Part shown: piece after piece, positions 49,201 to 57,983 of the stretch
Position numbering within the stretch: the first letter of the stretch is position 1
Layout of the letters: every line of letters begins with the position of its first letter
Source of the DNA: Planctomycetota bacterium
Lineage (GTDB): Bacteria; Planctomycetota; UBA1135; UBA2386
DNA: 64,000 nt
Direction: 5' to 3'
Assembly: GCA_965228735.1 (NCBI GenBank)
Contig: OZ245838.1
Span: forward strand, 5,632,001-5,696,000
Program-made: the position numbers and the translations under genes
The notes under the pieces: model-generated
The model's database searches: none
Seen by the model: the letters and a program-made list of their open reading frames with translations, nothing else
Told to the model about the DNA's origin: nothing

Positions 49201-49739
49201 ACCACAACCAGAGCAGCGGCTCGATCGATGGCTTCCATCGCGGCGCGACGACACCGCGCATCTGGGCCGAAGGTTGGCCGTCGACGTCGGTGCCGACCGT
49301 GGCTTCCGGCTCGGACACGAATGGCACGAAGATCCGCGTCGAGTTCGCGTGCCCGAACGGCGGCGCCTTCGGCAGCAGTTGCGGGCCGCTGCGCGCGCTG
49401 CCGTTCAGCACGCCGCTGGCCGGCACGTCGTTCTGGTACGACGTCTACGACGCCGTGCCGAACAGCGCTGCGATCGTGCAGCTCGGTCTGAATCAGACGG
49501 GCGTTTCGCTGACCGGTTCGGGATTCACGAACTGCTTCCAGTGGAACGACCCGATCGCGTCGGTGTTCTACCTGACGTCGGGCGCCGGCTTCGCGACGCA
49601 CGTGTTGAACGTGCCGCCGGGCACGATGTTCGACGGCCTGGTCATCTACGGCCACTGGTACAATCTCGATCCGGCGCAGCCGGGCGGACTCACCGCGTCG
49701 AACTACATCCGCAGCATCGTCGGTAGCCAGAACCCGTAG
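46284..49739 (+). CDS. Secreted S8 subtilase paralog (Glu-His-Ser variant) with extra beta domains and the shared C-terminal domain
   Basis: Signal peptide ...VLA-Q; HVYEGVE..HPDF, HGHCTAG, GGTSAATP; C-terminus FGSSC...GFTNC...VPPG....GLVIYGHWYNLDP...GLTASN. Confidence 0.92.
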   Translation: MRLVFARSAAGALCFLTPVLAQNGDRVVGEVFDSTGGGQVRTPAVDHRLMLGYGVFDPLAGAPPVSAELSARADVGLFIVQFGYACIDADRRALRDAGAKLVSSLPHNALIVRMGAEQMAAVARTDGVRWVGPYHPAYRLEGDLLTAIAAAAPMPVRGYNLVMADKVNDKAALARKIAAVGGKVTDRHDRGLLMTAELSKEQLIAVARFDEVLWIDRETAPELDMDNARIVQGSNYIETAAGYTGAGLGSGRIRGHVYEGVEFNHPDFTVPMTNVRSGGQAQAHGHCTAGIVFGNGTSAPQARGHAPGAQGFYTTFTTVTAGFSRNMVIDDVVNVHNCLFTTASWGNARTTVYNSISADADDIVFDHRIPWTQSQSNSGNQESRPQAWAKNVFSIGGMRHNDNADPTDDFWGGGASTGPAADGRIKPDLCNFYDDVWTSDLTGSAGYASGNSFQSFGGTSAATPITAGLNALAIEMYTDHILCNPPRVHGGSDFENRPYAQTLKALMIANASLYPWGSGVGQSIRSVQGWGYGNVRTIYDNRARMMIIPEDKPIQQGQTHTYFIDVAPGTPILKVCMSYLDPAGSPAAALARVNDLTLEVTQPNGVDYWGNAGLRTSNQSSSAGGADNVDTVECVIRANPMPGMWRIDVTAPLIAQDAHVATAAADATYALVAAGGARTYDSCARTIPDDSPASGTVNVIPFGSTTPALLSGTFATNNGGSVGGAVYFDLAVTNDLFWNGIDLNTGIGAGTNIQLDVYTRIGTHVGNEGSMAGWTARTAGLGVAAASDSPSKVDFNAPLSMNGGTTYGVAIVARNFDHDYTNGANVFADANLTMTTGSAANVPFTGSPFTPRSANLNIRYRPDQSAWHNQRYQTVLRCQDLGPAGSITGLSFAPTVTTRHLNRRLRIRMVHRPAGYELSNTFATNIAGGQDVLDELDYVWHTTADVWNEIGLTSPFAYNGTDDVVIEILARGNHNQSSGSIDGFHRGATTPRIWAEGWPSTSVPTVASGSDTNGTKIRVEFACPNGGAFGSSCGPLRALPFSTPLAGTSFWYDVYDAVPNSAAIVQLGLNQTGVSLTGSGFTNCFQWNDPIASVFYLTSGAGFATHVLNVPPGTMFDGLVIYGHWYNLDPAQPGGLTASNYIRSIVGSQNP

Positions 49740-49760
49740 GCGTTTGGTTCACGAATCGGG

Positions 49761-49794
49761 CGGGCCCGGCGGATCGCGTGATCCGTTGGGCCCG
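49761..49794. terminator. Hairpin between convergent genes
   Basis: cgggcccggcggatc-gcgt-gatccgttgggcccg, with G-U pairs. Confidence 0.6.
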
Positions 49795-49843
49795 TTCGTC
49801 GTGGTGCTCGAGCACTTCGTGGAGCTGCTGCGCTGAGGGTGAG

Positions 49844-52800
49844 CTACCGGCGCCGGGCGAGTCGTTCGAGCGCCTTGGTGATCACCTCGTCCTCGATGTC
49901 GATCACGATCTCGGGGTCGCCGTCGCCCGACAGCGAGACGCGTTGCGGCGAGACCGGGTTGCGGCGCCAGCTCGTGAAGCGTTCGTCGACATGGACCCGG
50001 TGCTTGGCGCCGTGGACCTTCACCCCGACCGAGAACATGCCGGGCGCCGAGATCGGCACCGTGCCGCGGCCGGTCGCGGCGTCGACGATCGTGCCGCTGC
50101 CGGTGCCGAGGAGCGCTTGCAGCCGGGTGGTGCGCGTATGGACCGCGAGCTCGCGCCGGCCGCGTCGCCGCAGCCTCACGAGCGCGGATTCACGTTCGCC
50201 TTCGCGCGGCTCGAGCTGAATGTCGACGCGACAACCGGCGAACCGCGCCGCGACGTTCGGCGCGAGCCGAACGGGCACCTCGAGGCACGGCTCGAACGTG
50301 ACCTGCACCGAATCCGCGCTCACGGCGGGGCGGCGCCACAGCCGGTGGCCCGGCATCGCGGCGACGACGTCGACCGGGCCCGGGCCGACGAGCAGGTCGG
50401 CGCGGCCGTTGGCATCGAACATCAACCCGTCGCGCGCGGTCGTCGCATCGCCGGCCGGCGCCGTGAACGCACCGCCCGCCGTCACCGGTTGTGGTCCGCT
50501 CGGCAGCGGCGCGACCTGGACCCGCAGAATGCGGATGTGGGGGCGCAGGTCGATCGGATCGAGGCGGGGATCGGGCAGAGCGCCGGGTTCGACCAGCACG
50601 CCGTCGAGACTGACGACTGGCGCGGGCATGCCCGGTGCGCGGATCTCGACGCGGTAGTTGCCGGGCGGCAGCGCCGGCCAGGAGAACGTCGCCGTGTCCC
50701 CGCGGCAGTCGACGAGCCTGGCCGTCTCGCGGCGCGGTTCACCGTCGTCGGATTCGTCCGACGTTCGCGGCAGCGACGCGCCGTCGTGCCGGACGACGCG
50801 ACAGTCGATCGAGCGCGCGTGCGCGGCGGGCGCGATCACTTTCGCGGTGAGCGGCTGCCCGCGTTCGATTCGGACCGTGACGTCGTCGTCGCCGGGTGCC
50901 GTCTCGATCGGTTGCGGCACGATGAAGTGCCCGGCGGCGGCGACCCGAACGCGAACCCGTTCGGCCGTGGTCGAGCCGCGCAACGTGAACGTCGGGTCGT
51001 AACCGGGATGGACGGTGACGGAGCCGAGCCAGTGCCAGCCCCTGGTCTCGTGCGGAACCTCGACGACGACTTTGACGGGTGGACCGCTCCAACGGCTGTC
51101 ATCGATGTCGAGGGTGCCCGCGACGACGACGTCGTCGCCGGTCAGGGTGAGCGTGCCGAGGTCGTGCAGTTCTCCTGCGGCCGCGCGTTCGAGCTCGAAC
51201 GTGCACTGCTGCTGGCGTTCGCCATGTTGCGAAGGTTGGCTCTCGAGCTGGATCGTGCCCGCGAGTGCGCCACCGACGGGCACGACCCAGCGGACGTGCC
51301 CCTCGGCGTCGGTCACGGCCTGGTGGAGACAGCGGCGACGGCCGGCCTTCGCGTTGATGCGGACGCTCCGCTCGGCTGCCGGCGTCCCGTCCGGGAACGC
51401 GAGCCTGGCGCGGACCTCGCACGGCTCGAGGTCGGTGGTCATCACGACCCGGAGCTCTTCGCCGGGCTCGGTCGGACCCTGAATCTGGCGTTCGGCCCGG
51501 AACGAGGGCGTTCGGATCCGAGCCGACACGTCCAGGGTCTGATTCAGCTCGACTTCGGGAACGTGCAGCGTGCCGGGCTCACTCCGGGTCCAGGTGGAGG
51601 CGCCGTGAAGCTCCGACGGATGGCCGAGCGGGATCGGCGCGACCCACGCGTCGATCTCGCTCGCGACGGGCCGACCCGACGGCGACCGGAGCTCGACCGT
51701 GACGGTGCCGGTCGCCGGGTAGCGCAGCTCGGTCACGCGGTGGAGCGCCGACTCGAGATCGAGACGCACATAGGGCGACTGACCGACCGTCCGCGGCCGC
51801 ACATGGAAGCGGTCGCGGTCGATGCGCGCCCGCAGCCGGATGATGCCGTTCTCGTCCGATGGCCCGGCCTTGCCGCCATATCCGCACTGCTCCGGCACGA
51901 GCGTGCCGGTCGCCCCGTTGGAGTACTCGATCAGCTTGCCGGCGACCGGGGCGCCGCCGTCGTCGACGAGTCGGATGCGCAGCCAGCGCGCGGGCCCGAG
52001 CCAGAGCGTCGCGGGTTGGCCCGCGATGAGGTCCGTCGGTCGGATGTGCTCCCGGACCGTCCGATCGCCCAGCGCCGCGAGCACCCGGTTGCCGGTCAAG
52101 GGCAGTCGGATGCGCGCGCGGCCGTCGGCGTCGGTCTTCGCGTGCTCGCCTTCGCGCCGCAAGAACGCATCCGACGTCCAGTTCTCCTGGAGCGCGCGGT
52201 CGCGGCGGGCCGCCGGGGACCGGAAGTCGATGCCGACCGGCAGGAAGAACAGATCGGCGTTCGCCACGGGCGCGCCCGATTCGTCGTCGAGCACGAGCAC
52301 GTCGACGGGGACGGTCGGCTCGTCGGTGACCGGAAAGCGATGGCCGCGGTCGGCGGTCGCGTTCGCATTGACGACCGGCGTCGTGACGGCTTCGCGGTCG
52401 CGTTCGCCGGTCTCGTCGACGCGGCCCTCGCCCGTGGCCATCGCACCGACCCGTTCCGTCGTCGGCGCCGCGGCGGGCTGTTCGGGTGAGCGCCAGAGAT
52501 TCGCGGTCGCGACCCAGGCAGAGAACGCCAGCAGCATCAGGGCGGCGGCGACGAGCAACTTCTTCGGCGTCGACATGGCGAGCAGGGCCAGGGCAGGGGC
52601 GGGGGCAGGCGTCGGCAGTGGATCCGTCGCCAGCAGGAGCAGCGGCCCGGCCCACGCGTCGCGGCGGCCGCCGCTCCTGGCATCGAGTCGGGTGCGCAGG
52701 TGATCGAGCCCGCGCTTCACGCGGGAGCGCACGGTCGCGACGGCGATGCCGTGGCGGGCGGCGATCTCCTCGCTCGACAGACACTCGTAGAAGCGCGCGA

Positions 52801-53167
52801 GGACGGCGCCGCGGAACGGTTCGTCGAGCGCGAGCACCGCGGCGACGACGCGCTGGCGGACCTCCTCGCAGGCGAGGATCTCCGTCGTCGATGGACTCTG
52901 TGGTTCGGCCAGGTCGGCCGCCGCGCGTTCGCGACGTTCGCGCCGTCTGATGTCACGCCGGCGGTTCGAGGCGGCGCCGCGCACGACGCGGGCGAGCCAG
53001 GAGCGCGGCTGCTGCACGTTCTGGCCGTGGCGCAGGGCCCGGACCCAGGCGTCCTGCGCGAGGTCGTCCGCATCGTCGCCGCCGCTCGTCAGCTGCCGCG
53101 CCAGGGCCCGGACGAAGTCGCCGTGCGCCAGCAGACGGTCCATCGTGTCGGCCTGGGACGTGGTCAT
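49844..53167 (-). CDS. ECF sigma factor fused to TM segment and large beta-rich extracytoplasmic region
   Basis: ADDLAQDAWVRAL...RSWLARVVR; LDEPFRGAVLARFYE.L...EIA...ATVRSRVKRGL; TM KKLLVAAALMLLAFSAWV. Confidence 0.9.
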   Translation of the reverse strand: MTTSQADTMDRLLAHGDFVRALARQLTSGGDDADDLAQDAWVRALRHGQNVQQPRSWLARVVRGAASNRRRDIRRRERRERAAADLAEPQSPSTTEILACEEVRQRVVAAVLALDEPFRGAVLARFYECLSSEEIAARHGIAVATVRSRVKRGLDHLRTRLDARSGGRRDAWAGPLLLLATDPLPTPAPAPALALLAMSTPKKLLVAAALMLLAFSAWVATANLWRSPEQPAAAPTTERVGAMATGEGRVDETGERDREAVTTPVVNANATADRGHRFPVTDEPTVPVDVLVLDDESGAPVANADLFFLPVGIDFRSPAARRDRALQENWTSDAFLRREGEHAKTDADGRARIRLPLTGNRVLAALGDRTVREHIRPTDLIAGQPATLWLGPARWLRIRLVDDGGAPVAGKLIEYSNGATGTLVPEQCGYGGKAGPSDENGIIRLRARIDRDRFHVRPRTVGQSPYVRLDLESALHRVTELRYPATGTVTVELRSPSGRPVASEIDAWVAPIPLGHPSELHGASTWTRSEPGTLHVPEVELNQTLDVSARIRTPSFRAERQIQGPTEPGEELRVVMTTDLEPCEVRARLAFPDGTPAAERSVRINAKAGRRRCLHQAVTDAEGHVRWVVPVGGALAGTIQLESQPSQHGERQQQCTFELERAAAGELHDLGTLTLTGDDVVVAGTLDIDDSRWSGPPVKVVVEVPHETRGWHWLGSVTVHPGYDPTFTLRGSTTAERVRVRVAAAGHFIVPQPIETAPGDDDVTVRIERGQPLTAKVIAPAAHARSIDCRVVRHDGASLPRTSDESDDGEPRRETARLVDCRGDTATFSWPALPPGNYRVEIRAPGMPAPVVSLDGVLVEPGALPDPRLDPIDLRPHIRILRVQVAPLPSGPQPVTAGGAFTAPAGDATTARDGLMFDANGRADLLVGPGPVDVVAAMPGHRLWRRPAVSADSVQVTFEPCLEVPVRLAPNVAARFAGCRVDIQLEPREGERESALVRLRRRGRRELAVHTRTTRLQALLGTGSGTIVDAATGRGTVPISAPGMFSVGVKVHGAKHRVHVDERFTSWRRNPVSPQRVSLSGDGDPEIVIDIEDEVITKALERLARRR

Positions 53168-53336
53168 CGCAGCACTAGACCCCAGCGAGGGTGCTGGCGT
53201 GCCCGGATTTCCGAATGCCTCGGCTTCGGCGCGGGGCGCTGGATCCGACGAATACGGGGAAAAGCGGCGGTCGCACCGGTCCGTTCGCGCCGTGGTGGGT
53301 GAGCCAACGAAACAGTCCCGACCACCGGAGCCAGCC

Positions 53337-55217
53337 ATGTCCATTCGCCACCAGTTCCTGTTCGCCGCCGTCCTCGCGGCCGCCCCCCTCGCCGCGCAGA
53401 ACCACACGTGCGGCGGCTACGTGATCACCGACGACAACGGCGTGCGCGTCGTCGACGCGCAGGGAACGCAGGCGTTCCACACCGTACTCGGCAGCTACCC
53501 CAACGCGCAGGTGTCGAACGTCGGACCGCGGCTGCTCGTCACGGACAACGCCGGCACGCGCATCATGACCCGGTCGGGCGTCGTGCTCGGCGGGCTGATC
53601 AGCAACCTCGGCAACTACCAGTCGGTGCGGTTCGGCAACGACCGCGTCGTCGTCGTTGACTACGACCGCGTGCGGATCTTCGACCTCGACGGCAACCAGG
53701 TCGGCGCGGACATCCCGCAGACGCAAGCGACGCAGAACAACAACAACCGGCAGAGCGTCGAGGTCGGCTCGGGCCGCGTGGTCGTGATCGACGACGATCA
53801 GCTGCGCATCTTCGATCGTGATGGCAACACGGTCGGTTCGCCGCTGGCCAACACCGGCAGCTTCAAGCAGCGCGTCCGGATCAGCGGCGATCGCCTCGTC
53901 GTCGTCGACGACAACCGGGTCCAGATTCTCGACCAGGACGGCCTGCCGAAGGGCGCGCCGATCACGAAGACCGGGACCAACCGGCAGTCCGTCAAGGTCG
54001 ACGGCGATCGCGTGATCGTCATCGACGACGATCGCGTTCGGATCTTCGACAAGGACGGCGCGGCTCAGGGCGCGCCGATCACCAAGACGGGCACGTCGCG
54101 GCAGCAGGTCAAGGTCTGCGGCAACCGGATCATCATCATCGACACGGACCGGGTCCGCGTCTTCGATCGCAACGGCGGCGCGGTGGGCGCGCCCGTGACG
54201 CGAACGGGCAGCAACCCGCAGACCGTCGAGACGACCAAGGACCGGATCATCATCACGGACGACAACCGCACGGAGATCTTCGACAAGGACATGAACGTGC
54301 AGGGCGCGCCGATCCAGCGCGTCGGTCTCGACCGCCAGCTGATCACGGTCTCGGACGACGCCGTCGTGATCGTCGAGCAGAACCAGACCCGGATCTTCGA
54401 CAAGAACGGGGCGGCGCAGGGCGCGCCGATCGGCAAGACCGGTCTCGAGCCCCAGCGCGTTCGCATCGACGGCAACCGCATCCTCGTGACGGACGACGAC
54501 CAGGTGCGCGTGTTCGATCTCAGCGGCGTCCAGATCCGGCAGATCCCGGTCACCTACGTCGAGGAATACGACGTGCTGCTGTTCCAGAACTTCTTCACGG
54601 TCGTCGACAACTTCGCGACGGTGACGATCTACGACCGCGACGGCAACCAGCTCGGCAGCCCCGTTGCCGTTGGCTACGGCGTGCAACACGTGCAGGCGAC
54701 CGCCGGCCGCATCCTCATCATCGACGACAGCGACGTGCGCATGTTCGACGCGACGGGCGCGCAGGTCGGCAGCACCGTCACGACGGTCGGCGAGCCCTAT
54801 GCCCAGGAGATCTGCTTCGTGGCCGGCAACCTCGAGCCCTACGGCAACGGTTGCGGCGCGGCCACGCAGGACGCGGTCGGTGATCCGCGGGTCGGCGGCG
54901 ACGTGAGCTACCAGCTGCTCGGTGCGCCCGCCTCGGCGCTCGGCATGTGCGGCATCGACTTCGGTCGCCTGCCCGTGCCGCTGGACCTCGGCATCTACGG
55001 CGCGCCCGGCTGCCTCGTCTACAGCGGCGCCGCGATCGCCCACCCGCTCGTGACCGGCACCGAAGGGTTCGGCGAGATCAACATCGAACTGCCGCTCGAC
55101 GAGGCCTTCCTCGGCACGCAGTTCACGACCCAGTTCTTCGTGCTCGATCCGCCAGCGAACGCGCTCGGCGTGATCACGACGGGCGCGGTCGAGACCACGC
55201 TCGGTCAGGGCCTCTGA
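53337..55217 (+). CDS. Secreted protein with ~12 tandem ~39-aa repeats and the shared C-terminal domain
   Basis: Signal peptide ...LAA-Q; repeat DR(V/I)(V/I)(V/I).DD.RVRIFD.DG...GAPI..TG...Q.V; C-terminus YGNGC...PRVG...YGAPGCLVY...FTTQFFVLDPPANALG. Confidence 0.9.
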   Translation: MSIRHQFLFAAVLAAAPLAAQNHTCGGYVITDDNGVRVVDAQGTQAFHTVLGSYPNAQVSNVGPRLLVTDNAGTRIMTRSGVVLGGLISNLGNYQSVRFGNDRVVVVDYDRVRIFDLDGNQVGADIPQTQATQNNNNRQSVEVGSGRVVVIDDDQLRIFDRDGNTVGSPLANTGSFKQRVRISGDRLVVVDDNRVQILDQDGLPKGAPITKTGTNRQSVKVDGDRVIVIDDDRVRIFDKDGAAQGAPITKTGTSRQQVKVCGNRIIIIDTDRVRVFDRNGGAVGAPVTRTGSNPQTVETTKDRIIITDDNRTEIFDKDMNVQGAPIQRVGLDRQLITVSDDAVVIVEQNQTRIFDKNGAAQGAPIGKTGLEPQRVRIDGNRILVTDDDQVRVFDLSGVQIRQIPVTYVEEYDVLLFQNFFTVVDNFATVTIYDRDGNQLGSPVAVGYGVQHVQATAGRILIIDDSDVRMFDATGAQVGSTVTTVGEPYAQEICFVAGNLEPYGNGCGAATQDAVGDPRVGGDVSYQLLGAPASALGMCGIDFGRLPVPLDLGIYGAPGCLVYSGAAIAHPLVTGTEGFGEINIELPLDEAFLGTQFTTQFFVLDPPANALGVITTGAVETTLGQGL

Positions 55218-55324
55218 TCGAACGATCGCGCGCCGCGCTCCCGATCACCCCCGTCGACTTCGCGATCGAGGTCGATGGGGTTGTCGTTCGTACCTGGCAC
55301 CGTACCCACCCCTAGACTGGGGGG

Positions 55325-57697
55325 ATGGTTGGTCTTGCGGTTGTCGTCGCGTTGGTGGTCGCGCCTCAGGAGCCGGTTCGGGTCGGGCCGCTGCGGTTCG
55401 ACGATCGGCCGGCGGAGCGGGCGGCGGGGGAGTGGGGGTTTCGGCCGGCGGACGGCGCGCGCCTCGCGACCGCGGTGCGGGCGTTCACCTGGCGGCCGCA
55501 GAAGGACGCGGCCAGCTACTTCGTGCAGGTCGCACGCGACCCGGAGTTCGAAGACGTCGTCGCGTCGCGGATGGGCGTGTCGCTGCCGGTCTGGTGCCGG
55601 CCCGCTTTGCCGACCGGCGTGCCGCTCTACTGGCGCTGTTCCTATCGCACGATGCACTACGAGCCGTACTCGACGTGGAGCTCGGTGCGGCAGTTCACGA
55701 TCGCGGTCGATGCGCGCGACGGCGCGGCCGGGGCGCGCGCGTTCGATCGGAAGCGCATCCGCGAATACGTGCCCAAGGCGCACCCGCGGCTCTTCATGCG
55801 GCCCGAGGACCTCGTGCTCTTGCGCGACGCAGCCCGGTCCCCGCTTGCCGCCAACACCGCGGCGCTCGTCGCTCGTTGTGAGGGACTGCTCGCCACTCCA
55901 CCGTCGACCGAAGAACCGCCGAAGTATCCGCCCGGCACGAAGCGCGGCAGCGACGCGTGGCGCGAGATCTGGTGGGGCAACCGGCGGCGCACGATCGCGG
56001 TGCTCGAGAACGCGGCGACCCTCGCGTTCACGTATCGTATCACGGAGCGCCAGGAGTTCGGTGAGCTCGGCAAGGAGCTGTTGCTCGCGACGGCAGCCTG
56101 GGACCCGAAGGGCGCGACCGGTTACCGCTACAACGACGAGGCGGGGATGCCGTACGCGTATCACTTCGCGCGCACCTACACGCTCGTCCACGACCTGCTG
56201 ACCGAACCCGAACGGCAGCGCTGCCGCGACGTGATGCGCGTTCGCGGCGAGGAGATGTATCGGCATCTCTGCCCGACGCATCTGTGGCAGCCGTTCAACA
56301 GCCATCGCAACCGCGCGTGGCACTTCCTCGGCGAGGTCGCGATCGCGTTCCACGGTGAGATCCCCGCGGCGGACGACTGGCTGTGGTTCGCCGTGAACGT
56401 GTTCGGCAGTTGCTATCCGGTCTGGAGCGGGCCCGAGGACGACGGCGGCTGGCACGAGGGCATGGCCTACTGGCACAGCTATCTCTCGCGCTTCACCTGG
56501 TGGGCGGACGTGATGAAGACGGCGATCGGGATCGACGCGTACCGCGAGAGCCGATTCTTCGAACGGGTCGGTGACTGGCCGCTCTACGTGACGCCGCCGG
56601 GCACGCGCGGCGGCGGCTTCGGTGACCTCACGGGCCGGCGGACATCGCAGCACCAGGCCGCGCTCATGGCGCTGTTCGCGCAGCAGGCGCGGAACGGTCA
56701 CTGGCAGTGGTTCGCCGAGCGGCACGGCAACGCCGCGTTGCCGAAGCGGGACGACTGGATCGCGTTCATCCGGGGGGCGGCAAGTCCGCTCGCGGGCGTC
56801 ACGCCGACGGCGCTGCCCACCTCGCGCTTGTTCGCCGGGGTCGGGCAGGCCGCGCTCAATACGACGTTGCTCGACGCGCGGGACAACGTGCAGGTCCTGT
56901 TCAAGAGCAGTCCCTACGGCACGCAGAGCCACGGCTACGAGGCGCAGAACTCGGTCCTGCTCTACGCCCACGGCGAACGATTGCTAATCCGTAGCGGGCG
57001 CCGGGACCAATACGGCAGCGACCACCATCGCAATTGGATGTGGTCGACGCGTTCGACCAACTGCGTCACGCTCGACGGCGGCCGGATCGGCCAGGGGCGA
57101 CGCACCGCCAGCGCGGTCGGGGAGATCGTCGCGTTCTCCACGAGTGACTGGTGCGACTGGGTCGAGGGTGAGGCCGGGGCGGCCTACGGCCATCGGGTCG
57201 AGTCGTTCCGCCGCGGCATCCTGTTCCTCAAGCCACACGCCGTCGTGATCTTCGACCGCATCCGGACGAAGTCGGAGCACACGTTCGACTTCTGGTTGCA
57301 TGCCGAGCGGCCGTTCGAGATCGAGGGCGATGCCGCGCGAGCGCGTCTCGCGGTCGGCGAGGCGCGGTGCAGCATCGATTGGCTCTCGGCAGCGAAGTTG
57401 CGCATCGTGCAGACGGATCGGTTCGACCCGCCGCCGCGGCCGCGCGTCGAGCTCGTGGAGCACCACCTGACGGCCTCGACGATCGAGCCGGCCACGACGT
57501 GGGATTGCGTCACGGTCGTGCGACCGCACCGCGCCGAGGCGGAGCCGATCCCGTTCGACGTGATCGAGCCGATGCCCGGTTTCGACCGCGCGCTCGCATT
57601 CGAGGTCGACGGCGCCTCGGTGGACGTTCAACTCGGTCGCAGCGGTGACGTGCTCGTGCGAGCCGGTGCGCGAAGGTTTCTCGTCGAAGCGCGCTGA
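55325..57697 (+). CDS. DUF4962 / heparinase II-III-family polysaccharide lyase
   Basis: HPRLF, P.NSH, DGGWHEGMAYW, FGD, FKSSPYG..SH...AQNS. Confidence 0.85.
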   Translation: MVGLAVVVALVVAPQEPVRVGPLRFDDRPAERAAGEWGFRPADGARLATAVRAFTWRPQKDAASYFVQVARDPEFEDVVASRMGVSLPVWCRPALPTGVPLYWRCSYRTMHYEPYSTWSSVRQFTIAVDARDGAAGARAFDRKRIREYVPKAHPRLFMRPEDLVLLRDAARSPLAANTAALVARCEGLLATPPSTEEPPKYPPGTKRGSDAWREIWWGNRRRTIAVLENAATLAFTYRITERQEFGELGKELLLATAAWDPKGATGYRYNDEAGMPYAYHFARTYTLVHDLLTEPERQRCRDVMRVRGEEMYRHLCPTHLWQPFNSHRNRAWHFLGEVAIAFHGEIPAADDWLWFAVNVFGSCYPVWSGPEDDGGWHEGMAYWHSYLSRFTWWADVMKTAIGIDAYRESRFFERVGDWPLYVTPPGTRGGGFGDLTGRRTSQHQAALMALFAQQARNGHWQWFAERHGNAALPKRDDWIAFIRGAASPLAGVTPTALPTSRLFAGVGQAALNTTLLDARDNVQVLFKSSPYGTQSHGYEAQNSVLLYAHGERLLIRSGRRDQYGSDHHRNWMWSTRSTNCVTLDGGRIGQGRRTASAVGEIVAFSTSDWCDWVEGEAGAAYGHRVESFRRGILFLKPHAVVIFDRIRTKSEHTFDFWLHAERPFEIEGDAARARLAVGEARCSIDWLSAAKLRIVQTDRFDPPPRPRVELVEHHLTASTIEPATTWDCVTVVRPHRAEAEPIPFDVIEPMPGFDRALAFEVDGASVDVQLGRSGDVLVRAGARRFLVEAR

Positions 57698-57905
57698 GGG
57701 TGCGACTCGGAGGCATCGACGCGGCAGTCCCTCGACGACGGCTGCGGTCCGAACACAATGGGTATCCGACCGCGCGGTGCTATCGCGAACTCGAGAGCAA
57801 CGGCGCGCGGTCGGGCGGTGCGGTCGATCGGAACGAGGCCACATACGAGTCGCCGTTACCCGGTTTCCTTGCGCCGTACAGGGCGTATTCGGCCGCAAAG
57901 GCGTC

Positions 57906-57933
57906 TGGACAAGTCACGACTTCGAGCCATACT
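57906..57933 (+). promoter_or_regulatory. Candidate sigma70 promoter
   Basis: TGGACA-N16-CATACT, followed by an AAGGA RBS before ATG 57984. Confidence 0.4.
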
Positions 57934-57983
57934 TCTGGCGATTCCCCTGTCCTCCCTGACAACTCAGCCAAGGATAATCATCC

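Noticed and set aside
53412..54820. ~117-bp periodicity considered as a CRISPR array or non-coding repeat
   Set aside because: These are in-frame degenerate coding repeats with no repeat-spacer structure and no cas genes.
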